A DNA stretch of 62,534 bases, filler included, from a candidate division TA06 bacterium SM23_40 (lineage in GTDB: Bacteria > LJUI01 > SM1-40): the NCBI GenBank assembly GCA_001303705.1. It is 6 parts of 6 records of this genome, joined end to end, with 100 filler letters (N's around TTAATTAATTAA, not from the genome) between each part and the next. Parts side by side here need not be neighbours in the genome. Positions count along the whole stretch, not along the records: positions 1 to 17,595 come from LJUI01000041.1; positions 17,696 to 22,725 come from LJUI01000174.1; 4 more parts are not named here. One strand, given 5' to 3'. The notes beneath the pieces were generated by a model. The model saw nothing but the letters and a program-made list of their open reading frames with translations. It had not been told where the DNA came from and did no database searches. The position numbers were made by a program, and so were the translations under genes. Positions within the stretch are counted from its first letter, which is position 1. The number at the start of each line of letters is the position of its first letter. Positions 10,084-19,792 of the stretch are shown here, in pieces.

Positions 10084-12420
10084 ATGATCGGTAAGACTAT
10101 ATCTCACTATAAAATACTCGAAGAACTCGGCCGCGGCGGTATGGGTGTTGTCTACAAGGCGGAAGATACGAAGCTCCGCCGCACCGTAGCGCTGAAGTTC
10201 CTCACTCCCCAGGCGCTCGGGACGGAAGACGAGAAAGCGCGCTTCATACACGAGGCGCAGGCGGCCGCCGCGCTCAATCATCCCAATATCTGCACGGTCT
10301 ACGAGATCGATGAGTTGGAAGGCCGATCCTTTATTGCGATGGAATATATCGAGGGACGGAGTTTGAGGGATATCATCGCGTCGGGTCCGATGAAATTGGA
10401 GATAGCACAGGGAATCGCGATACAGATTGCCGGGGGGTTGCATGCGGCTCACCAAAGACAAATCGTGCATCGCGACATAAAGCCCGCGAATATCATGATC
10501 ACCGGCGAGGGAAGAGTTAAGATCATGGACTTCGGTCTCGCGAAGTCGCCGGGCCGAACGCAGCTCACGCGCGAAGGGACTACGCTTGGAACGGTGGCAT
10601 ACATGTCGCCTGAGCAGAGCAGAGGAGAGGCGGTTGATTCTCGCACTGACATCTGGTCACTCGGTGTGATGCTCTATGAAATGGTAACGGGGCAGGCACC
10701 GTTCAGAGGTGACTATGAGCAGGCAGTTATCTACTCGATCCTGCACGAGGACCCCGAGCCGGTGACGGCGCTTCGAACCGGCGTGCCGGTTGAGCTTGAG
10801 AGAATCGCTCACAAGGCGATGGCAAAGAACGCGAGTGATCGATACCAGCGTGCCGATGAGCTGCTGGTGGATCTCAGATCTTTGTCGGCTGAGATAACAA
10901 CCACCGGTTTAGCAAAGGGTCCAGCAAAGAAAGGATTCACGGGAAAGCATATCGGTTTTGTATTCGGTTCGGTAGTAATTATCGTTGCAGCTCTCGTGCT
11001 TGCAAGACTCTATCTCTTTCCCGAAAAAAGCGAAGCGATCGATTCGATAGCGGTGCTGCCGCTCGAGAATTTATCACGGGATCCTGATCAGGAATACTTC
11101 GTTGATGGGATGACCGAGGCGCTTATCGCCGATCTTGGGAAGACCGGCACGATCAAGGTGATCTCGCGGACATCGGTCATGCGCTACAAGGATACAGACA
11201 AATCCCTGCCGGAGATTGCGAACGAGCTCGGCGTCGATGCGATCGTCGAGGGATCGGTCATGCAGACAGGAGGCCGGGTGCGCATCACGGCACAGCTCAT
11301 CGAGGCGGACGAGGATCATCAAATCTGGGGGGAGCACTACGAGCGTGACCTGCAAGATGTCCTGGCGCTACAGCGTGGGGTAGCACGCGCGATCGCCAGT
11401 GAAATAAATATCACTTTGGCACCAGGGGAAAAAGGCGAAAAATCTGATGCCCGCCGGATCGATCCCCGCGCTCATGAAGCGTACCTCAAGGGGCGCTACC
11501 ACTGGAACAAGAGGACGGAGAAGGATCTCTGGAAAAGCATCGAATATTTCGAGGAGGCTATCAGGATGGATCCCGATTACGCCCAGGCGTATGCGGGACT
11601 TGCGGAAGCCTTCACCATACTCAGAAACTGGGGATATTATTCGGCAAAAGAAGCCAATCAAAAAGCAAAGGAATACGCCCACAAGGCGCTCTCGATAGAC
11701 AACAAATCGGCGGCGGCGTATTCGGTGCTCGGCCTAGAATCTCTCGAATACGAGTATAACTGGGAGGCTGCGGAAGAATATTTTAAAAAAGCGATATCGC
11801 TGAATCCGAACTATGCCACCGCTCACCATTGGTATGCAAATATTCTTGCCCGCTGGGGGCGACATGATGAGGCGATGGAACAGATGCTGCGAGCCCTGAA
11901 GCTCGATCCACTGTCCCTTGTCATAAACGTGGCCCTTGCTCTTAACTATTATTATGTGGGTCGCTACGATGAAGCGATCGAGCAGAGCCGGAAGTCGCTC
12001 GAACTGGATAAGAATTTCCTTGCTGCTTATTTTGTTTTGTACCTTTGCTACGTAGAGAAAGGAATGATTCAGGAAGCTTACGAGGCATTCAGGCAAGTGA
12101 TGATCCTTGACGAAAAAACAAGCATATATGTGGAAGAACTCGACCATGTCTGCAAAACGTCGGGGTACGAAGTCTGCAATACATGGTGGGTAATCAAGAA
12201 CATGGATGAATGGTCGTTCCATGACTATAACTACCCGTTCTATCGGTCCATGGCTTATGCACGGATTGATAATAAGGACAAAGCGTTTGAAGAATTGGAA
12301 AAGGCGTATGAAGCGCGTTCGCCGTATTTAATATCGATCGGCGTCGAGCCGGCGCTCGACACCCTTCGATCGGATCCGCGTTTTGATGAGCTGCTCAAAA
12401 AGGTCGGATTAAAAGAGTGA
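10084..12420 (+). CDS. Ser/Thr kinase + TM helix + TolB_N-like domain + TPR repeats
   Basis: Kinase motifs HRDIKPAN/DFG/YMSPEQ, hydrophobic IGFVFGSVVIIVAALVLARLYL, SIAVLPLENLS, TPRs. Confidence 0.93.
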   Translation: MIGKTISHYKILEELGRGGMGVVYKAEDTKLRRTVALKFLTPQALGTEDEKARFIHEAQAAAALNHPNICTVYEIDELEGRSFIAMEYIEGRSLRDIIASGPMKLEIAQGIAIQIAGGLHAAHQRQIVHRDIKPANIMITGEGRVKIMDFGLAKSPGRTQLTREGTTLGTVAYMSPEQSRGEAVDSRTDIWSLGVMLYEMVTGQAPFRGDYEQAVIYSILHEDPEPVTALRTGVPVELERIAHKAMAKNASDRYQRADELLVDLRSLSAEITTTGLAKGPAKKGFTGKHIGFVFGSVVIIVAALVLARLYLFPEKSEAIDSIAVLPLENLSRDPDQEYFVDGMTEALIADLGKTGTIKVISRTSVMRYKDTDKSLPEIANELGVDAIVEGSVMQTGGRVRITAQLIEADEDHQIWGEHYERDLQDVLALQRGVARAIASEINITLAPGEKGEKSDARRIDPRAHEAYLKGRYHWNKRTEKDLWKSIEYFEEAIRMDPDYAQAYAGLAEAFTILRNWGYYSAKEANQKAKEYAHKALSIDNKSAAAYSVLGLESLEYEYNWEAAEEYFKKAISLNPNYATAHHWYANILARWGRHDEAMEQMLRALKLDPLSLVINVALALNYYYVGRYDEAIEQSRKSLELDKNFLAAYFVLYLCYVEKGMIQEAYEAFRQVMILDEKTSIYVEELDHVCKTSGYEVCNTWWVIKNMDEWSFHDYNYPFYRSMAYARIDNKDKAFEELEKAYEARSPYLISIGVEPALDTLRSDPRFDELLKKVGLKE

Positions 12421-12469
12421 TCGGTGAAATCATTTGGTAATGCATTTTCGATAGACTTAAAATGACAAC

Positions 12470-12592
12470 ATGATCGGTAAGACCATTTCACATTACAATA
12501 TCCTCGAAGAACTCAGCCGCAGCGGCATGTTGGTTGTCTACAAGGCGAAGGATACGAAGCCGAAGCACACTGTGGTGCTTGAGCTCCTTTAG
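12470..12592 (+). pseudogene. Degenerate 40-codon remnant of a fifth kinase N-terminus
   Basis: Translates MIGKTISHYNILEELSRSGMLVVYKAKDTKPKHTVVLELL*. The Gly-rich loop and catalytic Lys are mutated, and it stops just before element copy 3. Confidence 0.85.
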
Positions 12593-12595
12593 CTC

Positions 12596-12864
12596 ACCTG
12601 ATGTATTATCAGCAGGTTTGACGCCCAATTGGTCTCTTAGTCAGTAGGTTCGGGGTTCGATTCCCTGGTGGTGCATTTTTATTTATTTAATTGCAATAAG
12701 TTAACGTTTTAGAGCCCCGTTCCCAATATCCCGAAAATCGAAAGGTAGCGCATAGGTAGCAGCAGAATGCTGTATTTATTGTTTCTCCTGCTATAACATC
12801 TATATGACTAGTGTATCACCTTGCGGGTATGATACAGTATATGTAACGTGCCTGGAGAGCTCTC
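12596..12864 (+). repeat. Kinase-leader element copy 3 (tRNA-Lys core 12634-12675)
   Basis: CTCTTAGTCAGTAGGTTCGGGGTTCGATTCCCTGGTGGTGCA plus conserved flanks. Confidence 0.9.
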
Positions 12865-15552
12865 ATGATCGGCAAGACAGTATCCCATTACAAGATCCTC
12901 GAAAAGCTTGGTGAGGGCGGGATGGGTGTGGTATATCGTGCGCACGATACCGCGTTGGGCCGTGACGTTGCACTCAAGTTCCTGCCCACCAACTTAACCC
13001 GCGATCCCACGGCCAAGACGCGGTTCGTCCGAGAGGCACGTGCAGCCTCCGCACTCGATCATCCAAATGTATCCACGGTGTACGAGATAGACGAGACCGA
13101 AGAGGGTCAGCTTTTTATCGCCATGACCTACTATGAAGGTGAGGCATTGAGAGAAAGGCTCTCCCGCGGGCCCCTGCCCCTGGAGGATGCCATGAGCATA
13201 ACAATTCAGATCGCGCAAGGGCTCTTGGCTGCTCACCAAAAGGATATCGTCCACCGGGATATCAAGGCGGCGAATGTTTTTCTTACCTCCAGCGGCCTCG
13301 TGAAGATCCTGGATTTCGGGCTGGCGAAGCTTTCCGGGGTGACGCAGCTGACACTGCCCGAGACGACCGTCGGCACGGTTTCTTACATGTCCCCGGAGCA
13401 GGCCCAGGGAGCGGAGATCGACAGCCGATCCGACGTATGGTCATTGGGCGTCGTTCTCTACGAGATGGTCACCGGCCAACTGCCCTTTCGAGGGGAATTC
13501 CCGGAGGCGATGGTGTACTCCATCCTCAATGAAGATCCCCCGCGCGTGACCGGGCTGCGGTCGGGTGTTCCTCTTGAACTGGAGAGAATCATCGATAAGT
13601 GCCTCGCAAAGGGTGCGGACCAGCGGTATCAGCACCTCGATGATCTCATCGTCGATCTCAACCGCCTTAAGCCTTCCCTGGCCAGTGGGTCAGGTGTGAG
13701 ATCAATGGAGCCTGCGAGCACAGTTCGAGGTGTACGCCGTTCACTGCTGTTCGCGGTGGCCGGGTTCGGTTGGCTTGCAGCCGTTATGGTCAGCCTTTAT
13801 CTGTTGCGTCCCCCCGCGCAGCATCCTCCCGTGCGGCTGCATACTATCTCTTACTCCGGTCGGGACTGGGCGCCCAACGCTTCCCCGGCAGGAGACATGA
13901 TCGCATTCGCATCCGATCGCGACGGAGTGTCCCGGATCTGGCTCAAGCAGGTGGCCGGCGGCAGCGAGGAGCCCATTACAGAAGGGCCCGACGATCTTCC
14001 CCGCTTCTCGCCAGACGGAGCGCAGATCCTGTTTGTGCGAGACCTGGGTGGCACGAGGGATCTCTACCGTACATCTGTAGTCGGTGCCCAGCAGCGCCGG
14101 ATACTCGAGGATGTAAGCGAGGCCGACTGGTCACCGGACTTGAAGAATGTGGCTTTTATAAGAACGGAACCGGTGGGCGAGGATAATATCGAGGTCATCG
14201 GCGTGGCAGATATTCAAACGGGTGATGAGCAGATCCTCGCAGAGATTCCAAATCGCCTTTGCTACGGTATCCGGTGGTCACCGGATGGACGGCGTATCGC
14301 CGTGAGCGAGACTCATTCATCTCCCGCGACGACAGGGTTCCACTATATCGACTTGATCTACGTTCCATCGGGCGAGATCACGCGCCTCGAGCTCACCGAC
14401 ATGGCGGGACCGTACACGGCTACCGAGTGGGGCCCGGACGGCCAGACGTTTCTGGCCGGTCAGGCTGCAGCCGTTCTCACGCAGTTCGGGGATTTCCCCG
14501 GCCAGATCATGGAGTACGACCTCGAATCAAAGACCGTTCACCCCTTGTTCTGGTCACCCGTCAAGCTGCCGTTTGGCGGGCGGAGATTCTCGACGATTGC
14601 TATTCTCGGTAACGATCGGTTCGTCATAGACGAAAATATAGCCAATTCGGTCCTCATTGAAGTTCCATGGTCTGGAAAGAACAGCACCGGCTTGGGAAGA
14701 ACGCTCACACGTGGATTGGGACGGGACCGGCAGCCCGCCTATTCACCGGACGGGGATCGTGTCATCTTCTCGTCCAATCGCAGCGGGAACACCGATCTCT
14801 GGACCGTCGACCGGAACACGGGAACAATCCGCCAGCTGACCGACGATCCCGCTATCGATTATGATCCGGCGTTCTTCCCCGACGGCGAGCGCATCGTGTG
14901 GACATCCACCCGCAGCGGCAATCCGGAGATCTGGATGGCTGCCGCCGATGGAAGCCGGGCACAGCAGGTCACGCGGGACGGCATGGATGCAGAGAATGCG
15001 ACCGTTACTGCCGACGGGGAATGGATCGTATACGGCAGTTTCAACGATGAAACGATCGGTATATTGAAAATACGCCCCGACGGTTCGGATATGACGTTCC
15101 TTGCGGAAGGCTCCTATGTTAATCCCGAAGTTTCGCCTGACGGACGGTACGTTCTGTTTCTGGTAACTCGCGGCCTCGGCACTGTTATGAAAATTGTCGA
15201 GACCGAGAGTGCCCGGATAGTGCCATTCGAGATCGAATTTCCCACGAGAATGCTGCACGAGAATATAGTTATCGGGCGCGCACGGTGGACGCACGACGGC
15301 CGTGGAATCGTCTATGTGGGGCATGATGAACGAGGGTGCTTCGGTATCTACGTGCAGGATTTCATCCCGGGACGCGACACGTCCGGATCACGAAGGCCGC
15401 TTGCCGGTTTCTCGAATGACTTTATCACGGAATCTCTCGGTGTCTCGCCCGATGGCAGGCACATCGCTATCTCAGTACTGTCCGAGCGTCTGAGTCTCAA
15501 GCTCGCCGAGCTGGTACCCCTTAGTTGGGGGGACGGCACGAGCGCCGAATAG
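12865..15552 (+). CDS. Ser/Thr kinase + TM helix + TolB/PD40-type beta-propeller repeats
   Basis: Kinase motifs HRDIK/DFG/YMSPEQ, TM LLFAVAGFGWLAAVMVSLYLL, repeated PxFSPDG/WSPDG/YSPDG motifs. Confidence 0.93.
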   Translation: MIGKTVSHYKILEKLGEGGMGVVYRAHDTALGRDVALKFLPTNLTRDPTAKTRFVREARAASALDHPNVSTVYEIDETEEGQLFIAMTYYEGEALRERLSRGPLPLEDAMSITIQIAQGLLAAHQKDIVHRDIKAANVFLTSSGLVKILDFGLAKLSGVTQLTLPETTVGTVSYMSPEQAQGAEIDSRSDVWSLGVVLYEMVTGQLPFRGEFPEAMVYSILNEDPPRVTGLRSGVPLELERIIDKCLAKGADQRYQHLDDLIVDLNRLKPSLASGSGVRSMEPASTVRGVRRSLLFAVAGFGWLAAVMVSLYLLRPPAQHPPVRLHTISYSGRDWAPNASPAGDMIAFASDRDGVSRIWLKQVAGGSEEPITEGPDDLPRFSPDGAQILFVRDLGGTRDLYRTSVVGAQQRRILEDVSEADWSPDLKNVAFIRTEPVGEDNIEVIGVADIQTGDEQILAEIPNRLCYGIRWSPDGRRIAVSETHSSPATTGFHYIDLIYVPSGEITRLELTDMAGPYTATEWGPDGQTFLAGQAAAVLTQFGDFPGQIMEYDLESKTVHPLFWSPVKLPFGGRRFSTIAILGNDRFVIDENIANSVLIEVPWSGKNSTGLGRTLTRGLGRDRQPAYSPDGDRVIFSSNRSGNTDLWTVDRNTGTIRQLTDDPAIDYDPAFFPDGERIVWTSTRSGNPEIWMAAADGSRAQQVTRDGMDAENATVTADGEWIVYGSFNDETIGILKIRPDGSDMTFLAEGSYVNPEVSPDGRYVLFLVTRGLGTVMKIVETESARIVPFEIEFPTRMLHENIVIGRARWTHDGRGIVYVGHDERGCFGIYVQDFIPGRDTSGSRRPLAGFSNDFITESLGVSPDGRHIAISVLSERLSLKLAELVPLSWGDGTSAE

Positions 15553-15627
15553 CCCGGATCCCCAGTCGTGATCCTTTGCGGAATGTCCTGGGATACCATG
15601 AAGTCATTCGTTCAGCACAATAAGAAA

Positions 15628-15894
15628 AGCTGTTGTTTTATCAGTAGGTTAGCTGCCCAAAAGGCCTCTGAATCAGTAGGTTCTCCGGTTCGATTCCTTG
15701 GCGGCGTATTTTTTATTTATTTAATTGCAATAAGTTAACGACTTACAGCATCGCTACCAAAATCACAAAAATCGAAAGGTAGCGCATAGGTAGTAGCAAA
15801 ATACTGTAATTACTGTCTACCACATTCTGGCTTATAACTCGTGTATGCTCTTGTTTGTATGATATAGTATAATGAGCTTACCTGGAGAACTCTC
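15628..15894 (+). repeat. Kinase-leader element copy 4 (degenerate tRNA-Lys core 15666-15708)
   Basis: CTCTGAATCAGTAGGTTCTCCGGTTCGATTCCTTGGCGGCGTA. The T-stem is damaged but the flanks are conserved. Confidence 0.9.
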
Positions 15895-17595
15895 ATGGTC
15901 GGCAAGACTATTTCACATTATAAGGTCCTCGAGAAGCTCGGTGAGGGCGGGATGGGCGTGGTCTACAAGGCCCGCGATACCAAACTCGACCGCACCGTCG
16001 CGCTGAAGTTCTTGCCGCTGCATCTCACCGGCGCGGATGAAGACAAGCAGCGATTCATCCGCGAAGCGAAAGCGGCCGCGGCGCTGAACCATTCGAATAT
16101 CTGCACGATCTATTCAGTGGAAGAACACGGCGGGTACCAATTCATCTCGATGGAATACGTCGACGGAATGACGTTGCGTGAAAAATGCGGTACGACCGGT
16201 CCGGTCGCTGTGCCGTCCAAAGAGGCAATCGGGTATGCGATACAGATCGCCGAAGCCCTCTCGGAAGCCCATGAAAAGGGAATCATCCACCGTGATATCA
16301 AACCCGGAAACATCATGGTGGATTCGAAGAACCGGATAAAGGTCATGGACTTCGGTCTGGCCAAATTGAAGGATGTGAGCCCTCTCACCAAGGCAGGCAC
16401 GACGGTCGGAACGCTCGCCTACATGTCGCCGGAACAGATACAGGGGCAAGACGTCGATCACCGTTCGGACATCTTTTCATTCGGTGTCGTCCTGTACGAA
16501 ATGCTCGCGGGACAGACCCCCTTCCGCGGCGATCACGAAGCGGCGATGATGTACTCGATCGTGCATGAAGAGCCGCAGCCGATATCGTCCTCTGTGCCCG
16601 AGATATCATCTCAGCTCGAAAATTTCATCGAAAGAACGCTGGAAAAGGATCCCTCTGACCGGTACCAATCGATGCAGGATCTACTCAGTGATTTGAGGCG
16701 CTTGAAAAGAAAAACATCCAAGAAGGCGGCGACTGTGGTCGGCGCCGCACCCCCTGCCCCGTCAGTAGCGGAACAACAGCAATCTTTCGGCACGCGCTCT
16801 GTTGCGCGTTCTCCGGTCTTTTACATTGCTATAGCCATGGTCGTTGTAATTGCCGCGGTGGCGTCATACGTGATCTTCTTCCTCCCGAAGAGTGGTGACG
16901 CCCCCCCGATGAATCCCAACAGAGTCTTTGTCGCGGCGTTTGAAAACCGCACCAGCGATCCGGCCCTCGACCCGATCGGAAGGCTGGCGTCGGATTGGGT
17001 CACGCAGGGGATAGTGCAGAACGAGCTCGCCGAGGCGATACCGACGACGACAATGCTTATGCTTATGCAGGATGCCGGGTTGAAGGAAGCCGGATTCGAG
17101 GATCGAGATAAGCTCATCGAACTGGCGGAGGCGACGCATTCGGGGATTCTCGTGGCGGGGATGTTTTATCAGGTCGGCGAGGATATACAGATCGAGGCGC
17201 AGATCATCGATGCGCAGAGGAACGATGTCATCCTGACGCTCGATCCGGTTCGCGGTCCCCGGAGCGAGCCGATGAAGGCGATCGACGCGCTGCGGCAGAA
17301 GGTCATGGGAGCGCTCGCGATTCACATTACACCAGGGGTTGCTATTGCGACGGTCGGCGAGCCGCCGGTCTACGAAGCGTATGTGGAATATATGGAAGGA
17401 ACGAAATACTTCGGCATGGACTATGAAAAATCATTCGAACACTACCGGCGCGCATTGGAGATAGATCCTCACTATATGGGACCGAAGCTGAGGATGGCGA
17501 CCGGATATGCGAATATGGGGCAGTATGAAACCGCCGATTCGATTTTTCAAACCATTGATCGCCACAGTCGTAGATTATCTCCGTATGAGCGGTAT
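15895..17595 (+). CDS. Ser/Thr kinase + TM + divergent TolB_N-like domain + TPR (truncated at contig end)
   Basis: HRDIKPGN/DFG/YMSPEQ, TM VFYIAIAMVVVIAAVASYVIFFL, RVFVAAFENRT. Confidence 0.92.
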
Positions 17596-17695
17596 NNNNN
17601 NNNNNNNNNNNNNNNNNNNNNNNNNNNNNNNNNNNNNNNTTAATTAATTAANNNNNNNNNNNNNNNNNNNNNNNNNNNNNNNNNNNNNNNNNNNN
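17596..17695. other. Artificial contig spacer (N-TTAATTAATTAA-N)
   Basis: Stops in all six frames inside a run of Ns. Confidence 0.98.
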
Positions 17696-17758
17696 GCCCC
17701 TCGTGTCAGAGCCAAGATCGAAGGCTGCTCCTATAATTTCGTATTCCCGGCGCTTCAT
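17696..17758 (-). CDS. Arginase/ureohydrolase family N-terminal fragment
   Basis: MKRREYEIIGAAFDLGSDTRG resembles the arginase N-terminal IIGxPxDLG..RG motif, GGAG RBS, cut by the gap. Confidence 0.55.
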
Positions 17759-17820
17759 TCGATGTTCTCCCCCAGGTGCCCGCGCAGTTGGGCAAGCCGC
17801 GTGCAGCGATTTGCCATGTC

Positions 17821-18153
17821 TCAGAATGACAGCGAAGTGATGGCAACGCCGACGAAAATCAGAAACAGACCCAAGTAGAACTTCACACAACTGAAGGACG
17901 GTGTCGAGCCATACTTCGGGAATTCAGTCACCGCCCACTTGAGGCTGTCCCGCCAATTCTTACCGTGCGGCGGAATATTGAACGAAACGGCCGTCGCCAA
18001 CACAACGGTTCCCTCAAGAGTCGCGAAAAGCCCGATGAATTGCATCCACGTGAGCGGTTTTGCGAACTTGATGACAATGCTGACCACCACCGCGATAGTC
18101 GTGAAACACAGCGCAATCCAGCTGTCGTTCAATTTCGGTCCTTGAGATAGCAT
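17821..18153 (-). CDS. Hypothetical small membrane protein
   Basis: 110 aa with three hydrophobic segments. Confidence 0.55.
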   Translation of the reverse strand: MLSQGPKLNDSWIALCFTTIAVVVSIVIKFAKPLTWMQFIGLFATLEGTVVLATAVSFNIPPHGKNWRDSLKWAVTEFPKYGSTPSFSCVKFYLGLFLIFVGVAITSLSF

Positions 18154-18390
18154 TCTGATTCAGGCCAATCTACTGTCTGCGTTGCTCTCCAAAGAGAGTC
18201 TTTTCTCTGGGGTACCCTACCACACGGAAATCTCCCCTGACATGGGCTCACGATCGAGCAAGCACTTGCATGCCGAGCGAGATCCCGTCGGCTCGGCCAC
18301 CGAGAGAGCCGATCAGATGCGGGAGCTCCGAGATGGCCACCGCAGACGACGCACGCGCAGACTATCCATGGACTCGTCAGTCTTATATCG

Positions 18391-19080
18391 CTAGTAGGCA
18401 ATCACATTCATAGTGACGAGCAGAGTCACACCGGTGGCGCTTTCCTCATACGTGCGATATCCCATCGGTTCATCGACGCCGTGGCCATACAAGATGTCGC
18501 CTCGGATGTTGAAGTGCGGCACGAATTCGTATCCGGCGCCGACTGAGAACCCCGTCCCGCCCCTCGTGTCCTTTCCGAATTCGTCAGGAACGATGCCTAC
18601 GCCAACCGTTCCTTCGAAGAAGTACGAGGGGGCTGCCTCATTGAGATAGTAGGTAGCGCCCACCAATCCAAAGACAGTGTGACTTCCCATCATAGGGATG
18701 ATCCCGATGGCAAAGGGAAAGGCGATGATCGCCCCGACGGCCTTCAGATCGTCGCCGCGCATTGCATCGAAGTAGTCACCATAGGTCTCCCCGATTTTGT
18801 CCCAATAGCACATACACATCTTGGCGCCGGTGAAGAAGTGGAGATTGTTCGTCGGCGCAAGACCGAATCTGAAATCCAGTCCCGGTCCTATTCTGAACAC
18901 ATCGTCGGATCTCTCCCCTGCCTCTGAGTGGATGTAGCTGGGGCCGACCCCGACACCCGCTCCAACGGTAAAACCCTGGCGCTGGCCATTGAAGAAGAGA
19001 AGATCGAACGCCTGAGCACCTGCCTGCTCACTGCACACCACGAGAAGGACAAGCGCAACGAAGGCTCCCTTTCTGAACAT
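18391..19080 (-). CDS. Exported protein, probable outer-membrane beta-barrel
   Basis: Start MFRKG with GGAGG RBS, signal peptide, alternating beta-strand patterns (GFSVGAGYEF), terminal aromatic residue. Confidence 0.65.
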   Translation of the reverse strand: MFRKGAFVALVLLVVCSEQAGAQAFDLLFFNGQRQGFTVGAGVGVGPSYIHSEAGERSDDVFRIGPGLDFRFGLAPTNNLHFFTGAKMCMCYWDKIGETYGDYFDAMRGDDLKAVGAIIAFPFAIGIIPMMGSHTVFGLVGATYYLNEAAPSYFFEGTVGVGIVPDEFGKDTRGGTGFSVGAGYEFVPHFNIRGDILYGHGVDEPMGYRTYEESATGVTLLVTMNVIAY

Positions 19081-19131
19081 CGCACTCCACCTCCGTGTCT
19101 GAAGTGCCGGATCTGCCATTCCGCCCTGGGC

Positions 19132-19220
19132 TCAGAACGGCTTGCGCCAGGAGCGGCCGTTCTGCTCATCGGAACGGTTTGCGCCAGGGGCAGCCGTTCT
19201 GCTCATCAGAAGGGCTTGCG
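19132..19220. repeat. 37-bp palindromic (REP-like) tandem repeat, ~2.4 copies
   Basis: TCAGAACGGCTTGCGCCAGGAGCGGCCGTTCTGCTCA at 19132, variant at 19169, partial at 19206 overlapping the GNAT stop codon. Confidence 0.8.
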
Positions 19221-19766
19221 GCCCTTGCGGTAGGATCCCTCATCCTTCCAGTCGTCGCGCACTATCGCATAGAGATACATGTCGACATAGCGTCCGTGGA
19301 CAAAGGCGACCTTCCGGTAGATGCCCTCGCGCTGCATCCCCGCCGCCTCCGCGACGCGGCAGGAGATGCCGTTCCCCACGACGATGGTGGCCTGGATTCG
19401 CGCGATCGGCGTAGCATTGAAGAGATGGTTGGCCAGGAGGCAGACCGCCTGCGTTGCGATCCCGCGCCTGCGGAACTCCGGGTGGACGTGCCACCAGAGC
19501 TCGGTCCCCTTGTAGATCTTCGGGAGCGTGAACGGGTTCATGTACCCGGCCGTTCCTGTGGGGCTCTCACTCTCTCTATCGATGATGAGGTATCTTCGCG
19601 TATCCGGAGCATCGTCCTTCGCCAGCAGTTGCTCCCACTGGTGGCGCGTCATGGGCCAGATGTTGAAGTGATCACCCAAGTATTCAGGGTCGCTGAACCA
19701 GTCCGCGAGCAGTTGCGCGTCGTCAGGCGTGACCGGCCGCAGTCTGACATTCTCTCCGATGAGCAC
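19206..19766 (-). CDS. GNAT N-acetyltransferase, RimJ/RimL type
   Basis: VRLRPV, VHPEFRRRGIAT, NxxSxRVAExAGMQREG motifs. Confidence 0.9.
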   Translation of the reverse strand: MLIGENVRLRPVTPDDAQLLADWFSDPEYLGDHFNIWPMTRHQWEQLLAKDDAPDTRRYLIIDRESESPTGTAGYMNPFTLPKIYKGTELWWHVHPEFRRRGIATQAVCLLANHLFNATPIARIQATIVVGNGISCRVAEAAGMQREGIYRKVAFVHGRYVDMYLYAIVRDDWKDEGSYRKGRKPF

Positions 19767-19792
19767 GGTATCCCTCCTCGTTCTGTCTGGGC

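Noticed and set aside
7171-15894. Classical integron attC sites
   Set aside because: No RYYYAAC...GTTRRRY palindromic attC structure and no intI. The repeats are tRNA-derived and carry promoters.
7443-17595. Diversity-generating retroelement acting on kinase tails
   Set aside because: No reverse transcriptase and no TR/VR pair differing at adenines was seen.
17640-17651. TTAATTAATTAA as a biological repeat
   Set aside because: Assembly linker embedded in Ns.
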